Below, one piece after another: positions 30,007 to 39,614 of a stretch of DNA of 64,000 nucleotides. Below the pieces are notes generated by a model, which had not been told where the DNA came from, did not search any database, and saw nothing but the letters and a program-made list of their open reading frames with translations. Source of the stretch: an uncultured Rivularia sp. GTDB lineage: Bacteria > Cyanobacteriota > Cyanobacteriia > Cyanobacteriales > Nostocaceae. Position numbers and translations under genes: made by a program. The stretch's first letter is position 1; each line of letters begins with the position of its first letter. Where the stretch lies: contig OY762007.1 in NCBI GenBank assembly GCA_963665115.1, forward strand, positions 7,936,001 through 8,000,000. The letters are read 5' to 3'.

Positions 30007-31051
30007 TCACCCCATTTGAATTTGCATTCACATTCTCTTTCACATAAACATCTCGAATTGGAAATGGAATTGAAATATTTTCTTGGTTGTAACGCTTATG
30101 CAGTTTCTTAACAAACAAATGTTTTGCGATTCTTTGATCGAAAAACTCGCTGATTCGCATATAAAGAGTAAAATCTATACTGAAATCATTAAAAGTGTGG
30201 AATCTGATAAAAGGTTCGTTTTCAATTAAATCTGGGGCAATTTCTTGCATTACTTCTTTAGCAACTTCTACGGTAATTCTTTCAACTTGTTCCAAATCGC
30301 TATCATAACTTACACCCACATCCATAGTTAATGTAAGTTGCTTTGTTGGCAAATGATAGTTAGTAAAGTTAGCTGAAGCTAATTTTAAATTTGGTACGAT
30401 AATAGTATTTTTGGAAAGTTCTTCAATTGTAATATTGCGCCAGGTAATATCAGTAATATAACCTTCCTCTTCGCTGTCTAATTTAATATAATCTCCTGTT
30501 TTAACTTGTTTGGAAAGGATTAAGTAAAATCCAGAAAATAAGTTTGCTAAAGTATCTTGAAGCGCTAAGCCAACCGCTAAACCGCTAATTCCTAAAGTTG
30601 TGATAATCGGGGTAATTTCAATTCCTATGGTTTGGAATATTATTAACGCTCCCAAAACCATAACAACAGTTTTGATAATATTAGAAATAAGCGATACAGA
30701 AACACCTTCCGTTCGCTGCATAAATAAATTGACAAAACCAGCCGCAAGACGCGCCAAAACTAATGTCACCGTAAACAGAAAAATTGCAATGACAATTTTT
30801 TGCAGAGCAGTGTTAACATCATCTTTGAGCGAATAACTTAGAATAGCTCCGAAAAAACCAGCAAGCATAAACCAGGTAAAAGGAATGCGTTGCAAAGAGC
30901 TAAATATAATATCGCTCCCCGGTATATCCTTTCTAGCAACAACACTTTTTAATCTACTAAAAACAACTTTTTCCGCAATTATTCCAGCTATTAAGCCAGC
31001 TAGAACAAACAAAAGAGGTTTAATAAACGGTTCAATCCATTCAATCGACAT
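29993..31051 (-). CDS. Mechanosensitive ion channel, MscS family
   Basis: LGISGLAVGLALQDTLANLFSG, GDYIKL, IIVPN, VGVSYDSD, ISIPFP. Start MSIEW at 31051; the upstream extension is translated repeat DNA. Confidence 0.92.
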   Translation of the reverse strand: MSIEWIEPFIKPLLFVLAGLIAGIIAEKVVFSRLKSVVARKDIPGSDIIFSSLQRIPFTWFMLAGFFGAILSYSLKDDVNTALQKIVIAIFLFTVTLVLARLAAGFVNLFMQRTEGVSVSLISNIIKTVVMVLGALIIFQTIGIEITPIITTLGISGLAVGLALQDTLANLFSGFYLILSKQVKTGDYIKLDSEEEGYITDITWRNITIEELSKNTIIVPNLKLASANFTNYHLPTKQLTLTMDVGVSYDSDLEQVERITVEVAKEVMQEIAPDLIENEPFIRFHTFNDFSIDFTLYMRISEFFDQRIAKHLFVKKLHKRYNQENISIPFPIRDVYVKENVNANSNGVILSQ

Positions 31052-31284
31052 AACAATCTTGGATTCTCGATTTTGAATTAGACTATCACGATGGGGTAAT
31101 GCGAAATATTTAATTTGAGAAATGTTAAATGGGGAATTGGTAATTGGTAATTGGTAATTGGTAATGGGAGATGAAAATAAGGAGCAAGATGCTACAATTG
31201 CAGGCTTTTTGATTTTCAAAGCAAAAACAACTATAGAATTCTTAATTACTCACTACTTGCTACTTCCTACTCATAACTCTTTTC

Positions 31285-32203
31285 ATGTCTTTACCAATCA
31301 TCTACCATCCTGACTACGTTACCCCTTTACCGGATGCTCATCGTTTCCCGATGCCAAAGTTTCGCTTGCTTTACGAATTGCTTTTATCCGATAGAGTAGC
31401 GGATTTACAGCAGTTTCATGCACCGCAACGCCCAAATCAAGAAGCTATCGAATTAGTTCATACACCGGAATTTGTAGAAGCTTACTTAAAAGGAAACCCT
31501 CGATACCAAAGCGCAACGCCGCATCGGTTTACCTTGGAGTCCGCAATTAGTAAATCGTACCTGCACGGCGGTTGGTGGTACAATTTTAGCGGCGAAACTG
31601 GCATTAAGTAAAGGTTTAGCTTGCAATACAGCAGGGGGAACTCATCATGCTTTCCCCAGTTACGGCTCTGGTTTTTGTATTTTCAATGATTTCGCGATCG
31701 CAACTCGTGTCATCCAAAAACTCAACCTCGCACAAAAAATCCTCATCGTCGATTTAGACGTGCATCAAGGTGATGGCACAGCTTTTGTATTTCAAGATGA
31801 CGACAGCGTTTTTACTTTCTCGATGCATTGTGAAGTTAACTTTCCCGGTAAAAAGCAAAAAAGCGATTTAGATGTACCTCTTCCCGAAGGAATGGAAGAT
31901 GACGAATATTTACAAACTTTAGCAAAATACTTACCGGATTTACTCGCAAACGTCAGACCAGATTTAGTATTATATGATGCCGGAGTTGATACACACATCG
32001 GCGATAAATTAGGTAAATTAGCTTTAACAGATACGGGAATTTATCGACGGGAAATGCAGGTTTTGAGTACTTGTGTAGCCGCTGGTTATCCGGTTGCTTG
32101 CGTCATCGGCGGCGGTTATGCGGATGATATGAAATCCTTGGTGTGGCGGCATTCCTTATTACATCGGGCAGCGAGTGAGGTGTTTCGGCAGTTTGGATTG
32201 TAG
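31285..32203 (+). CDS. Histone deacetylase-family protein; +1 frameshift at about 31494-31499
   Basis: HRFPMPKF. Removing one base gives GTLDTKAQRRIGLPWS...GGTHHA...GFCIFND...DLDVHQGDG...GGGY. Repaired length 305 aa. Confidence 0.9.
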
Positions 32204-32227
32204 TTATTTATAAAATTACCAGTTAAC

Positions 32228-32408
32228 AATGTAGAGACGTAGCAGTGCTACGTCTCCCTTCTTTATGGTGATAACGCGATATTTGCTAACACAAACCTGT
32301 GCTAGATAAAAAAGTATCCCGTATTTTGCTGAATGCATACTGATGATTTCAACGGTATCTATTATTAACCTAAATTAATGAGACGTAGCACTGCTACGTC
32401 TCTACATT
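32228..32408. repeat. REPIN-like inverted REP pair between convergent genes
   Basis: Perfect 29-bp inverted repeat (32228-32256 / 32380-32408) around a 123-bp spacer. Confidence 0.85.
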
Positions 32409-32431
32409 TACCAAAAAAACGCGAAATGAAC

Positions 32432-33073
32432 CTAATAAAACTGCCGCATCACATAATCAATCGTCGCCCAAAAGGGAGCATAACTTTCTGTTTCGTCTCT
32501 CTCTAAATAACCTTCAGCCAGCTGCTTAATTTCTTTCTCTGTCAAGCCTTGAGTCGCTTGCATCACCCCATCAACTACTTTTCGACGCATTTTTTTCAAC
32601 TTGTTAATATCTAGCGCTAGCATTCTAATTGTAGTTTCGGCTGCTTCCTGATGTTCGGGGTTTTCTGTCGGTAAAATTTCCCCCGCACCAGTGTATCTAA
32701 AGTATTTACTGCAATTGGGATCTAAAGGCGAAATCATCAATTCTTCGTCAAACCAACCACCTTTTTTATGTCCGCAATGTACGGGTTTTGTTGGTCTTTG
32801 TTCGTCTTCTCCCTGACAGGATGAAATTAAATTACTGTAAGTAAAAGTTAAGTCTGTGTACTTACTTTTTGGTCGATAATGTTCAATATGACATCTTTTT
32901 CTACTAATATGAATACCGCAGTAACAACAGATGTAACCTTGTTCGTAAAGTATCGATTGGTAGACATCGTTTTTAACGCTACGATTAAAGGATTTCCATT
33001 TAGTAGTTTTACCAACTTTTTTGTTGTAAGCAGTTAAGCTTTTTGGCTCCTGACCTTTTTCAATATGTTTCAT
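32432..33073 (-). CDS. HNH endonuclease (PtuB-like/TIGR02646-type)
   Basis: EQGYICCYCG, HIEHYRPKS, NLISSC, HCGHKK. ATGA-coupled to the upstream ATPase. Confidence 0.85.
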   Translation of the reverse strand: MKHIEKGQEPKSLTAYNKKVGKTTKWKSFNRSVKNDVYQSILYEQGYICCYCGIHISRKRCHIEHYRPKSKYTDLTFTYSNLISSCQGEDEQRPTKPVHCGHKKGGWFDEELMISPLDPNCSKYFRYTGAGEILPTENPEHQEAAETTIRMLALDINKLKKMRRKVVDGVMQATQGLTEKEIKQLAEGYLERDETESYAPFWATIDYVMRQFY

Positions 33074-34326
33074 TTGTTGAGAATTTCCTTACGTCGAATT
33101 AATACATCCGCTCGCACAAATTCCGGCTCGTCGTTGCCAATTTCTTCGGCTAATTCTTTGCGTAATTCTTTAGCGCCTTCTAGATTTCCGTCGTCAATAA
33201 ATCTAAATAGTTGTTGCAAGCTATCTTTTATTTTTTGAGGTCTTTCGGGAACTTCCATTAAGTCTTCTAAAATGCTATTGCTGTCTCTTCCATAGGAACC
33301 TTCGGGACTCATTACAAAAAGTCCTTGTTCGTCATCTCTTTCTAAGATAAATACTCCTTCTGGATGAACATGACTGATTACTTGTGGAGAGTGAGTGGTG
33401 ATAATAAACTGACAATTAGGAAACGTTTTTTTCAACGCTGAAATAATATCTCTTTGCCATCTTGGGTGTAAATGTAATTCAATTTCATCGATTAAAACTA
33501 CACCATCACCGTGGGATGGATCTTCCAATCCAGGATTGGCGATCGCCAGTCTTCTGGCTAAGTCTCCCACCATTGCCAGCAAACATTTTTCTCCATCCGA
33601 TAGCTGATTGACATTCAGTTCTCTATCTTGTTTTTTTACAGTCATTCTTAAGGGCGAACGACGTATTCTTAAGTTAGATAAACCTGTAATTAAAGAATAA
33701 ATTGCTTGTCTGACTGCTTCTAATTGATGATCGACGAAATTAGAATCATCAAGTCTTTGTTCGTTTTCTAAATCTTCCAGCTTTCTAAACCATTGGAAGA
33801 AGCTATTAAAGTTAATTTGTACGCTGTCTAACGATTGTTCGTAAGCGCTTGCCCTATCGTTAGAATGCTTTTTACGACCTCTCAAAGGAATTTCAAGTAC
33901 GGCACGATTTACGCCATAATGAACGATAACGGGTAAATTGAATTCAGAATTATTATTTAAGTTTTCGTGAGTTTCCTCAATTAATTGACGTAGTTCGCTT
34001 AGATCGCTACCAGCAGTTTTACTACGCTTTTTTCTTTGCTTGGAAAGACACCAAGTTACCTCACTTTCACCAGTTGAAACTGTAATTTCGTTGCTAGTTT
34101 CTTCACTTCCGGTAGAAATATCCGCTTCTTGAAACAATCTTCCCGAAGTTGTGGGATACTGAACTGGTTTTGTATAGCGAGATAATAGAATCGCAATGCA
34201 TTCGAGAATACTGGATTTACCTACACCATTAATACCAATAATCACATTTGGTTCTTTCTCCTGGAATTCCAGCGTCATATCGCCGATGCCACGAAAAGAC
34301 TGCATTTCAATACGCTTGATTTTCAT
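33070..34326 (-). CDS. ABC/AAA ATPase (PtuA-like)
   Basis: GINGVGKS, QLSDGEK, VLIDEIELHLHPRWQ, QFIITTHSPQV. Confidence 0.88.
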   Translation of the reverse strand: MKIKRIEMQSFRGIGDMTLEFQEKEPNVIIGINGVGKSSILECIAILLSRYTKPVQYPTTSGRLFQEADISTGSEETSNEITVSTGESEVTWCLSKQRKKRSKTAGSDLSELRQLIEETHENLNNNSEFNLPVIVHYGVNRAVLEIPLRGRKKHSNDRASAYEQSLDSVQINFNSFFQWFRKLEDLENEQRLDDSNFVDHQLEAVRQAIYSLITGLSNLRIRRSPLRMTVKKQDRELNVNQLSDGEKCLLAMVGDLARRLAIANPGLEDPSHGDGVVLIDEIELHLHPRWQRDIISALKKTFPNCQFIITTHSPQVISHVHPEGVFILERDDEQGLFVMSPEGSYGRDSNSILEDLMEVPERPQKIKDSLQQLFRFIDDGNLEGAKELRKELAEEIGNDEPEFVRADVLIRRKEILNK

Positions 34327-34687
34327 GCTTAGAATTAAGTTTAAATACTTAGAAATATGTACTAAAATAAATACGTAGTTATTAGTAAAGATAACCTGAA
34401 TTTATTTCTATTGGCACGACAATCGTGTTCTATAGAACCGATATAAAATTAAAAAAGTAAGTAAAATAATTTTGGTTAAGAGAAAACAATTCAATAGCTA
34501 AAAGCAGACAATAGTTTGTTATTTAGAAAACAAAAAAACACGACATCAGCTAATAGTGTATTTAAGTTACAAGTAAGCTGAAAAAACTCGAACAAATATA
34601 ATCAAGTGATAAATTAAAGCTGCAATTAATAATTTGTATCCGAATTTATACCTTATTTAAACTAGACAAGCCGTATCTTATAATTCC

Positions 34688-35758
34688 ATGTCACAAGAAA
34701 ATCAAAATATTAAGCCACCATCCTCTCCAGAAAAACTGCCATTTTGGAAATCGTTGTTAGTTAAAGCTTTACGAGGAACAATTGGATTATTAGAAAATAC
34801 AGCAGACAATTTAGAAACCGAACCCACACCCGGTAGCGAAGATAAACCAGGTTTTTTACAAAAGCTTCAGCAGATTTGGGTTGGTATATTAGAAAAAATT
34901 CGGCTTATCATACCAGTACAATTTTCAGCAAAGTTGTCAGATACAGCTTTGACAGGAATTATCGGTGGATTAGTCGTAATGGTATTTTTGATAACTTCAA
35001 ACTTCGATCGCAAACCATCAGAAGTAGCAACCCTTCCCCCAAACATAGAAATTCCGCAAATAGTATCTACTACTGAGCCAGAGTCTATAGTATCAGAAGA
35101 AGAAACAGTATCTAAGCCAGAAATTGAAACTCCAGCAGTTACAGAAAAAACTCCTTTATCAACTGAAGAAACAGTATCTGAGCCAGAAATTGAAACTCCA
35201 GCAGTTATAGAAAAAACTCCTCCTCAAGAAGAAATCGTATCAAAGCCAGAAATTGAAACTCCAGCAGTTATAGAAAAAGCTCCTTTACCAACTGAAGAAG
35301 AAGCTGCATCTGAGCCAGAAGTTGAGATTCCACCAGTTACAGAAAAAACTCCTCCTCAAGAAGAAATCGTATCAAAGCCAGATGAAACACCAGAAAAAGA
35401 AGAATTAGAAATCACACCTCCACCCATACCGCTAACACCAGAAGAAACCTTAATTGCAGCCATACAAAATCAAGTTGGCGAAATAAGCCTTAACTTAAAA
35501 GATTCAAGTTCCGAAAATCCCACTTTTGCAGAAATCATAGAATCAATTCAAGCCAATTTTTTAAACAGTAATCTTACAATTAAAATTAATAACGACTGGT
35601 ACAGCTTAGAAAAAAAGCAACAAAATAAGCTAGCTGCCGAAATCTTACAACGTTCCCAAGAACTAGATTTTACTCACCTAGAAATTACCGACTTACAAGG
35701 TAAATTAATAGCCCGCAATCCAGTAGTTGGCACCGAAATGATAATTTTTAAACGGTAA
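34688..35758 (+). CDS. Hypothetical single-pass membrane protein with a Glu/Pro/Thr tandem-repeat stalk
   Basis: TM helix, then about 4-5 repeats of EE.VS(K/E)PEIETPAV.EKTP (63-69-nt units, about 35090-35390), then a globular C-terminal domain. Confidence 0.75.
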   Translation: MSQENQNIKPPSSPEKLPFWKSLLVKALRGTIGLLENTADNLETEPTPGSEDKPGFLQKLQQIWVGILEKIRLIIPVQFSAKLSDTALTGIIGGLVVMVFLITSNFDRKPSEVATLPPNIEIPQIVSTTEPESIVSEEETVSKPEIETPAVTEKTPLSTEETVSEPEIETPAVIEKTPPQEEIVSKPEIETPAVIEKAPLPTEEEAASEPEVEIPPVTEKTPPQEEIVSKPDETPEKEELEITPPPIPLTPEETLIAAIQNQVGEISLNLKDSSSENPTFAEIIESIQANFLNSNLTIKINNDWYSLEKKQQNKLAAEILQRSQELDFTHLEITDLQGKLIARNPVVGTEMIIFKR

Positions 35759-35957
35759 TTGATAATTGATAATTGGTAATTGGTAATTGGTAATTGATAA
35801 TTGGGCATTAGGAAATAGCAAGGAAGCAAGATAGCGAACACTATATGCAAATGAATTCATAACTCCTAACTGCTAAGTTAATTTCCCCTTGTCCCCATCT
35901 CCCCATCTCCCCATCTATCTTGTTAAACTAATAATTGATCCTTTGAACTAGTAATTT

Positions 35958-36194
35958 ATGCTAAGGCGTTCTAAATTCGAGACAACTCAATCTCAAATCA
36001 TGCACCGCGCAGAAGATTTAATCAGTGCGGCTTCCAACCGTTACCGGATTACAGTTCAAGTGGCAAATCGCGCCAAACGTAGGCGTTATGAAGATTTTGA
36101 CAATACTGAAGATGTATTGATGAAGCCCGTATTACGCTCAATTATTGAAATGTCCGATGAATTAACCCAGCCTGAAATCATCGGCGAAATGTAA
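35958..36194 (+). CDS. rpoZ: RNA polymerase omega subunit
   Basis: [18 protein letters not shown] and [13 protein letters not shown], the cyanobacterial omega pattern. Confidence 0.92.
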   Translation: MLRRSKFETTQSQIMHRAEDLISAASNRYRITVQVANRAKRRRYEDFDNTEDVLMKPVLRSIIEMSDELTQPEIIGEM

Positions 36195-36529
36195 TACAGT
36201 TATCAGTGAACAGTTATCAGTTATCAATGAACAATTATCAGTTATTAACCGTTCACCGTAAGGTGTTATCGAATGGTAGGGTAAGGTTCATTACTGTTCG
36301 CTGTTGACTGCTCACTGTTAACTGTTAACCCGTTTAATGAAATTAAAATACAATTTATTTATAGGCATCATTGTAGCCAGCGCGGTTATTTTAACTTCGC
36401 CTTATCTAAACTTAGATAAAAATATAGTCGGAATTCAACCTGCTGTTGCTCAAAGAATAGCTTCATCAGATGCTTGGCGAAAAGTCTATCAACAATTGCC
36501 AGAATTTCCCTTAGAAAACAAATACGCTA

Positions 36530-37819
36530 TTGACATACTCCTCAGCCTAAAGGCGTGAGGATTCTGGATTCAATCAGCAATCGCAAAGTCGAAACCTTGA
36601 CTAACATCGCCTAGTAGACCAAGAGAAGATGCCCCTTCTCTATAAATATTTACCGCTGCTCCAATATCTCTATGCTGTTCTTTATGACATTGAGAACAGC
36701 GCCACCATCTATCTTCTAATTTTAAATCTTTATTAACATAACCACAATTATTACAAGTTTTAGAACTAGGATACCATCTGTTTACAAAACCTACATACTT
36801 TCCTTTTTTAGAAGCTACAAAGTTTAATACTTCTAGAAACGTTGCAAAAGCTAGGTCTGAAACCTTATGACCCCACAACCTTTTCATTCCTTCTATATTT
36901 AGGTCTTCAAAAAACAAATGGTCACAAGTATTGCATAACTGATGTGCTAATTTCCAAAAGAAATCACGTCTTTTATGAACTATTTTCTCATGCAATTTAG
37001 CTAAATTAACTCTAGCTTTATTCCAGTTTTTAGAACCTTTTTTCTTAGAGGATAGTTTCTTGCTTAAAGCTTTTATTAGCTTGGAAGCTTTACGCATTAA
37101 TAATGGCGCATGATATTCTTGACCCATCGAGTCAGTTAAGAACACCTTCAAACCGAAGTCAAAACCCGCGTTTTTACACGTCGCGATTCCAACTGTTTCT
37201 GGTTTAAAATCAGTTACTACATAAATGTACATATCTCCTGTTGGAGATCGTTTAACTGTTAAAGTCTTAATATGACCTTCAATGTCTCTTGATTTATGAA
37301 ACTTATATATGTATTTGCCTATTTTTATTTGATTGGAACCTAAAAACTTGTAGCCTGCTTGCTTAAGAGTGAAAGACTTATACTTTTTAGATTTACAGAA
37401 AGAAGGAGGACGTACACCACGTTTATGATATTTAAAAAATAGCTGATAAGCTTTATCCACTCTGTCACAAATGTTCTGTACCGATTGAGAACCTACTAAT
37501 TGCCAATATTCAATTCTGTTTCTTAGTTTGGCAATATGTTTCATAAGTCTAAACTTATTCAAATGTTTTTTGTACATTGAATAATATCTTTTATGAATTG
37601 CAATACAGTGATTGTAGATAGAAGCTGAGGCATTGATGCTACGCTTTAAATATCTGTTTCTTCTATTCTCGTATAGCTTAAATTTATAAGTCTTCACAAC
37701 TTCGACCTAGTTATTACTTTTAATAATGTACCCCAACATTCTTTCGCAGAAATATAAAGTTTCATATATTAAAAATATGCCGTCCTATAAGGGACGGGGC
37801 TTTAAACCCAAAATTTTCG
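36530..37819 (-). mobile_element. IS200/IS605-family element, tnpB only (IS1341-like), 1290 bp
   Basis: Inserted 3' of TTAC and ends in TCAA (- strand). Subterminal hairpins at 37780-37797 and 36540-36560. No target duplication and no tnpA. Confidence 0.92.
36570..37697 (-). CDS. tnpB: RNA-guided endonuclease TnpB
   Basis: RuvC-I GFDFGLK, RuvC-II FEDL, SSKTCNNCG...CSQC zinc finger, RuvC-III HRDIGAAVNI. Confidence 0.95.
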   Translation of the reverse strand: MKTYKFKLYENRRNRYLKRSINASASIYNHCIAIHKRYYSMYKKHLNKFRLMKHIAKLRNRIEYWQLVGSQSVQNICDRVDKAYQLFFKYHKRGVRPPSFCKSKKYKSFTLKQAGYKFLGSNQIKIGKYIYKFHKSRDIEGHIKTLTVKRSPTGDMYIYVVTDFKPETVGIATCKNAGFDFGLKVFLTDSMGQEYHAPLLMRKASKLIKALSKKLSSKKKGSKNWNKARVNLAKLHEKIVHKRRDFFWKLAHQLCNTCDHLFFEDLNIEGMKRLWGHKVSDLAFATFLEVLNFVASKKGKYVGFVNRWYPSSKTCNNCGYVNKDLKLEDRWWRCSQCHKEQHRDIGAAVNIYREGASSLGLLGDVSQGFDFAIAD

Positions 37820-38175
37820 GTAAACAGACGGGCAAAGTATCCGAAAATCAAACTTTAGCTCGTCGTCTGATACGCTATCACGTTTATCTCAAAGGGAGAG
37901 CGCCCAACACCCGCTTAGACTGGAAATTAACATTAGCCGATTACCTTGGTGCTAACGAAATAATGTATGATTCCTCATATCCAGGTGCCGACACTTTGAG
38001 AGAAAATCCCATAAATGGCGATCGCACTGCAATAAAACGTCTCAATCGCTCCCAGCGCAACACTTTAATACAAACTTTAGTTGATATATTTAATCAAGAA
38101 TAAATCGTCGTTGAGTTATTCAGGTTTCACAGGCTCGAATTTCAAAAAATTTTGAATTTTAACCTTTAACCTTCC

Positions 38176-39351
38176 CTACATCCACTTCGGTAAAGCGATT
38201 TCACAAGCTACGGGCATTTCGTTCACAACTTGCAACTGCGAATTGATAAACCGATCCATCCAGTTTTTCAAATAATCTCGATTGGCTTTTTGCTCGGAAG
38301 CTTCTTTGGTATCTGCGGGATAAGGCATCAATCCTAAAATTGCAGATGTGGTAACGCAATACATGGATTTTTGGAAACTTTTACAAATTTGTACTAGCAA
38401 GTCATCTTCTCCACGACGAGTTTGACGATAAACTTCATGCAAATATTCGGGTAAATAGTGACGCATATCGTGCATTAACAATGTAGGAGGAATTCCCGCA
38501 CCACCGATTGGTAATGGATCTGCGTACAATGCGCCATACTGAAATCTTGCTTGGTCTGGGGGGATTTGATAAGCTTGTGCGTTGTATGATACCGTACCGT
38601 GAAAAGGTGTTCCCCGAAAGAAAATTGCTTCTACATAAGGTACTGCTGTATCCATCAAAAAGGTTAAACCAACTTTTTTGGGAATTATGTCGTAAACTTC
38701 ATCCCGAATTTTCACGCTGTAGGTAATCGGGTTACTTGCATTCGCTACCAAACCCGCTTTGATATGATCTACAACATCGGCAATTGATATGATTTTCCCT
38801 TTATCGTAGAGATCCGATAAACTCATAAACGCATCGGACATAACGCGCCAAAATTGTCCTAAACCGCTGTAATAAGAGCAAACCCTTAACTGTTCAATTA
38901 AAAATTCTGGAAACAGTTGGTTAACACCCGAAACTAACGGGTTATTTTTAAATTTTGCTTTAATAACAGAAGAAGCTCTTTCTCTAAATTCTTTTGAATC
39001 TAAGTATTCATCTAATCCACCACCACCGTGCCACATCATTGATTTCATACAATATTCGGCATATTCGTAATTAATTCTGTCATGTTGCCAGTGACGCAGT
39101 AATTTATTTAAGTTGATTTCACCGTTAAAATATTTGAAAAACGGAAAGAACACTAAAAATTGATTTTCAGCAAAGTATATAAGATTGTTTGAATAAGCAT
39201 TCAAAACTACACCGTAACTGTGAAGAACACCCACAACTTCAATTAAATTTTCTGGTGTGTCGGGAAGTAACGCATCTCCACTTAATAACCGTTCAATATA
39301 TTCAGCTAAAGGATGCTTGGGAGGTATTTTTTTCGTAGTAGTTTTAACCAT
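38176..39351 (-). CDS. cupB: CO2 hydration protein CupB (ChpX)
   Basis: FPFFKYFNGE, HDRINYEYAEYCM, GAGIPPTLLM. Follows ndhF/ndhD; 391 aa and no cupS after it. Confidence 0.9.
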   Translation of the reverse strand: MVKTTTKKIPPKHPLAEYIERLLSGDALLPDTPENLIEVVGVLHSYGVVLNAYSNNLIYFAENQFLVFFPFFKYFNGEINLNKLLRHWQHDRINYEYAEYCMKSMMWHGGGGLDEYLDSKEFRERASSVIKAKFKNNPLVSGVNQLFPEFLIEQLRVCSYYSGLGQFWRVMSDAFMSLSDLYDKGKIISIADVVDHIKAGLVANASNPITYSVKIRDEVYDIIPKKVGLTFLMDTAVPYVEAIFFRGTPFHGTVSYNAQAYQIPPDQARFQYGALYADPLPIGGAGIPPTLLMHDMRHYLPEYLHEVYRQTRRGEDDLLVQICKSFQKSMYCVTTSAILGLMPYPADTKEASEQKANRDYLKNWMDRFINSQLQVVNEMPVACEIALPKWM

Positions 39352-39397
39352 AGCGATTTTCCTGTAATTATTTATGAATGGAGGATGCCCGAATGTT

Positions 39398-39490
39398 GAG
39401 AGAGGGGAGAGGGGGGAGAGGGGGAAGAGGGGGGAGAGGGGGAAGAGGGGGGAGAGGGGGAAGAGGGGGGAGAGGGGGGAGAAGGGGAGA
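39398..39490 (+). repeat. 93-nt pure purine tract of 18-nt tandem units
   Basis: (GGGGGGAGAGGGGGAAGA)x3 plus variants. Confidence 0.85.
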
Positions 39491-39614
39491 CAAGGAGAAT
39501 TATAGAGTTATGAGTTAGTTAATAATTTCAAGCTCTTACCTATTACCTATTACCTATTACCTATTACCCATTACCTATTACCAATGCCCCATGCCCCATC
39601 CCCAATTCCCATTC

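Larger units (their letters stand above)
36337..38103 (+). pseudogene. Secreted hypothetical protein gene split by an IS200/IS605 element
   Basis: Joining 36337-36529 to 37820-38103 restores one 158-aa frame: ...FPLENKY-A-S-KQTGKVSENQTLARRLIRYH... Confidence 0.85.

Noticed and set aside
34327..34687. Retron ncRNA upstream of the ATPase/HNH pair
   Set aside because: AT-rich sequence with no evident inverted-repeat msr-msd structure; no RT in the window.
36530..37819. IStron (self-splicing IS) rescuing the host gene
   Set aside because: The element is antisense to the host gene, and only ~120 nt precede tnpB, too little for a group I intron.
37726..37819. N-terminus of the 125-aa ORF 37726-38103 as a real gene start
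   Set aside because: It is the IS left end read in antisense, fused to the 3' half of the interrupted gene.
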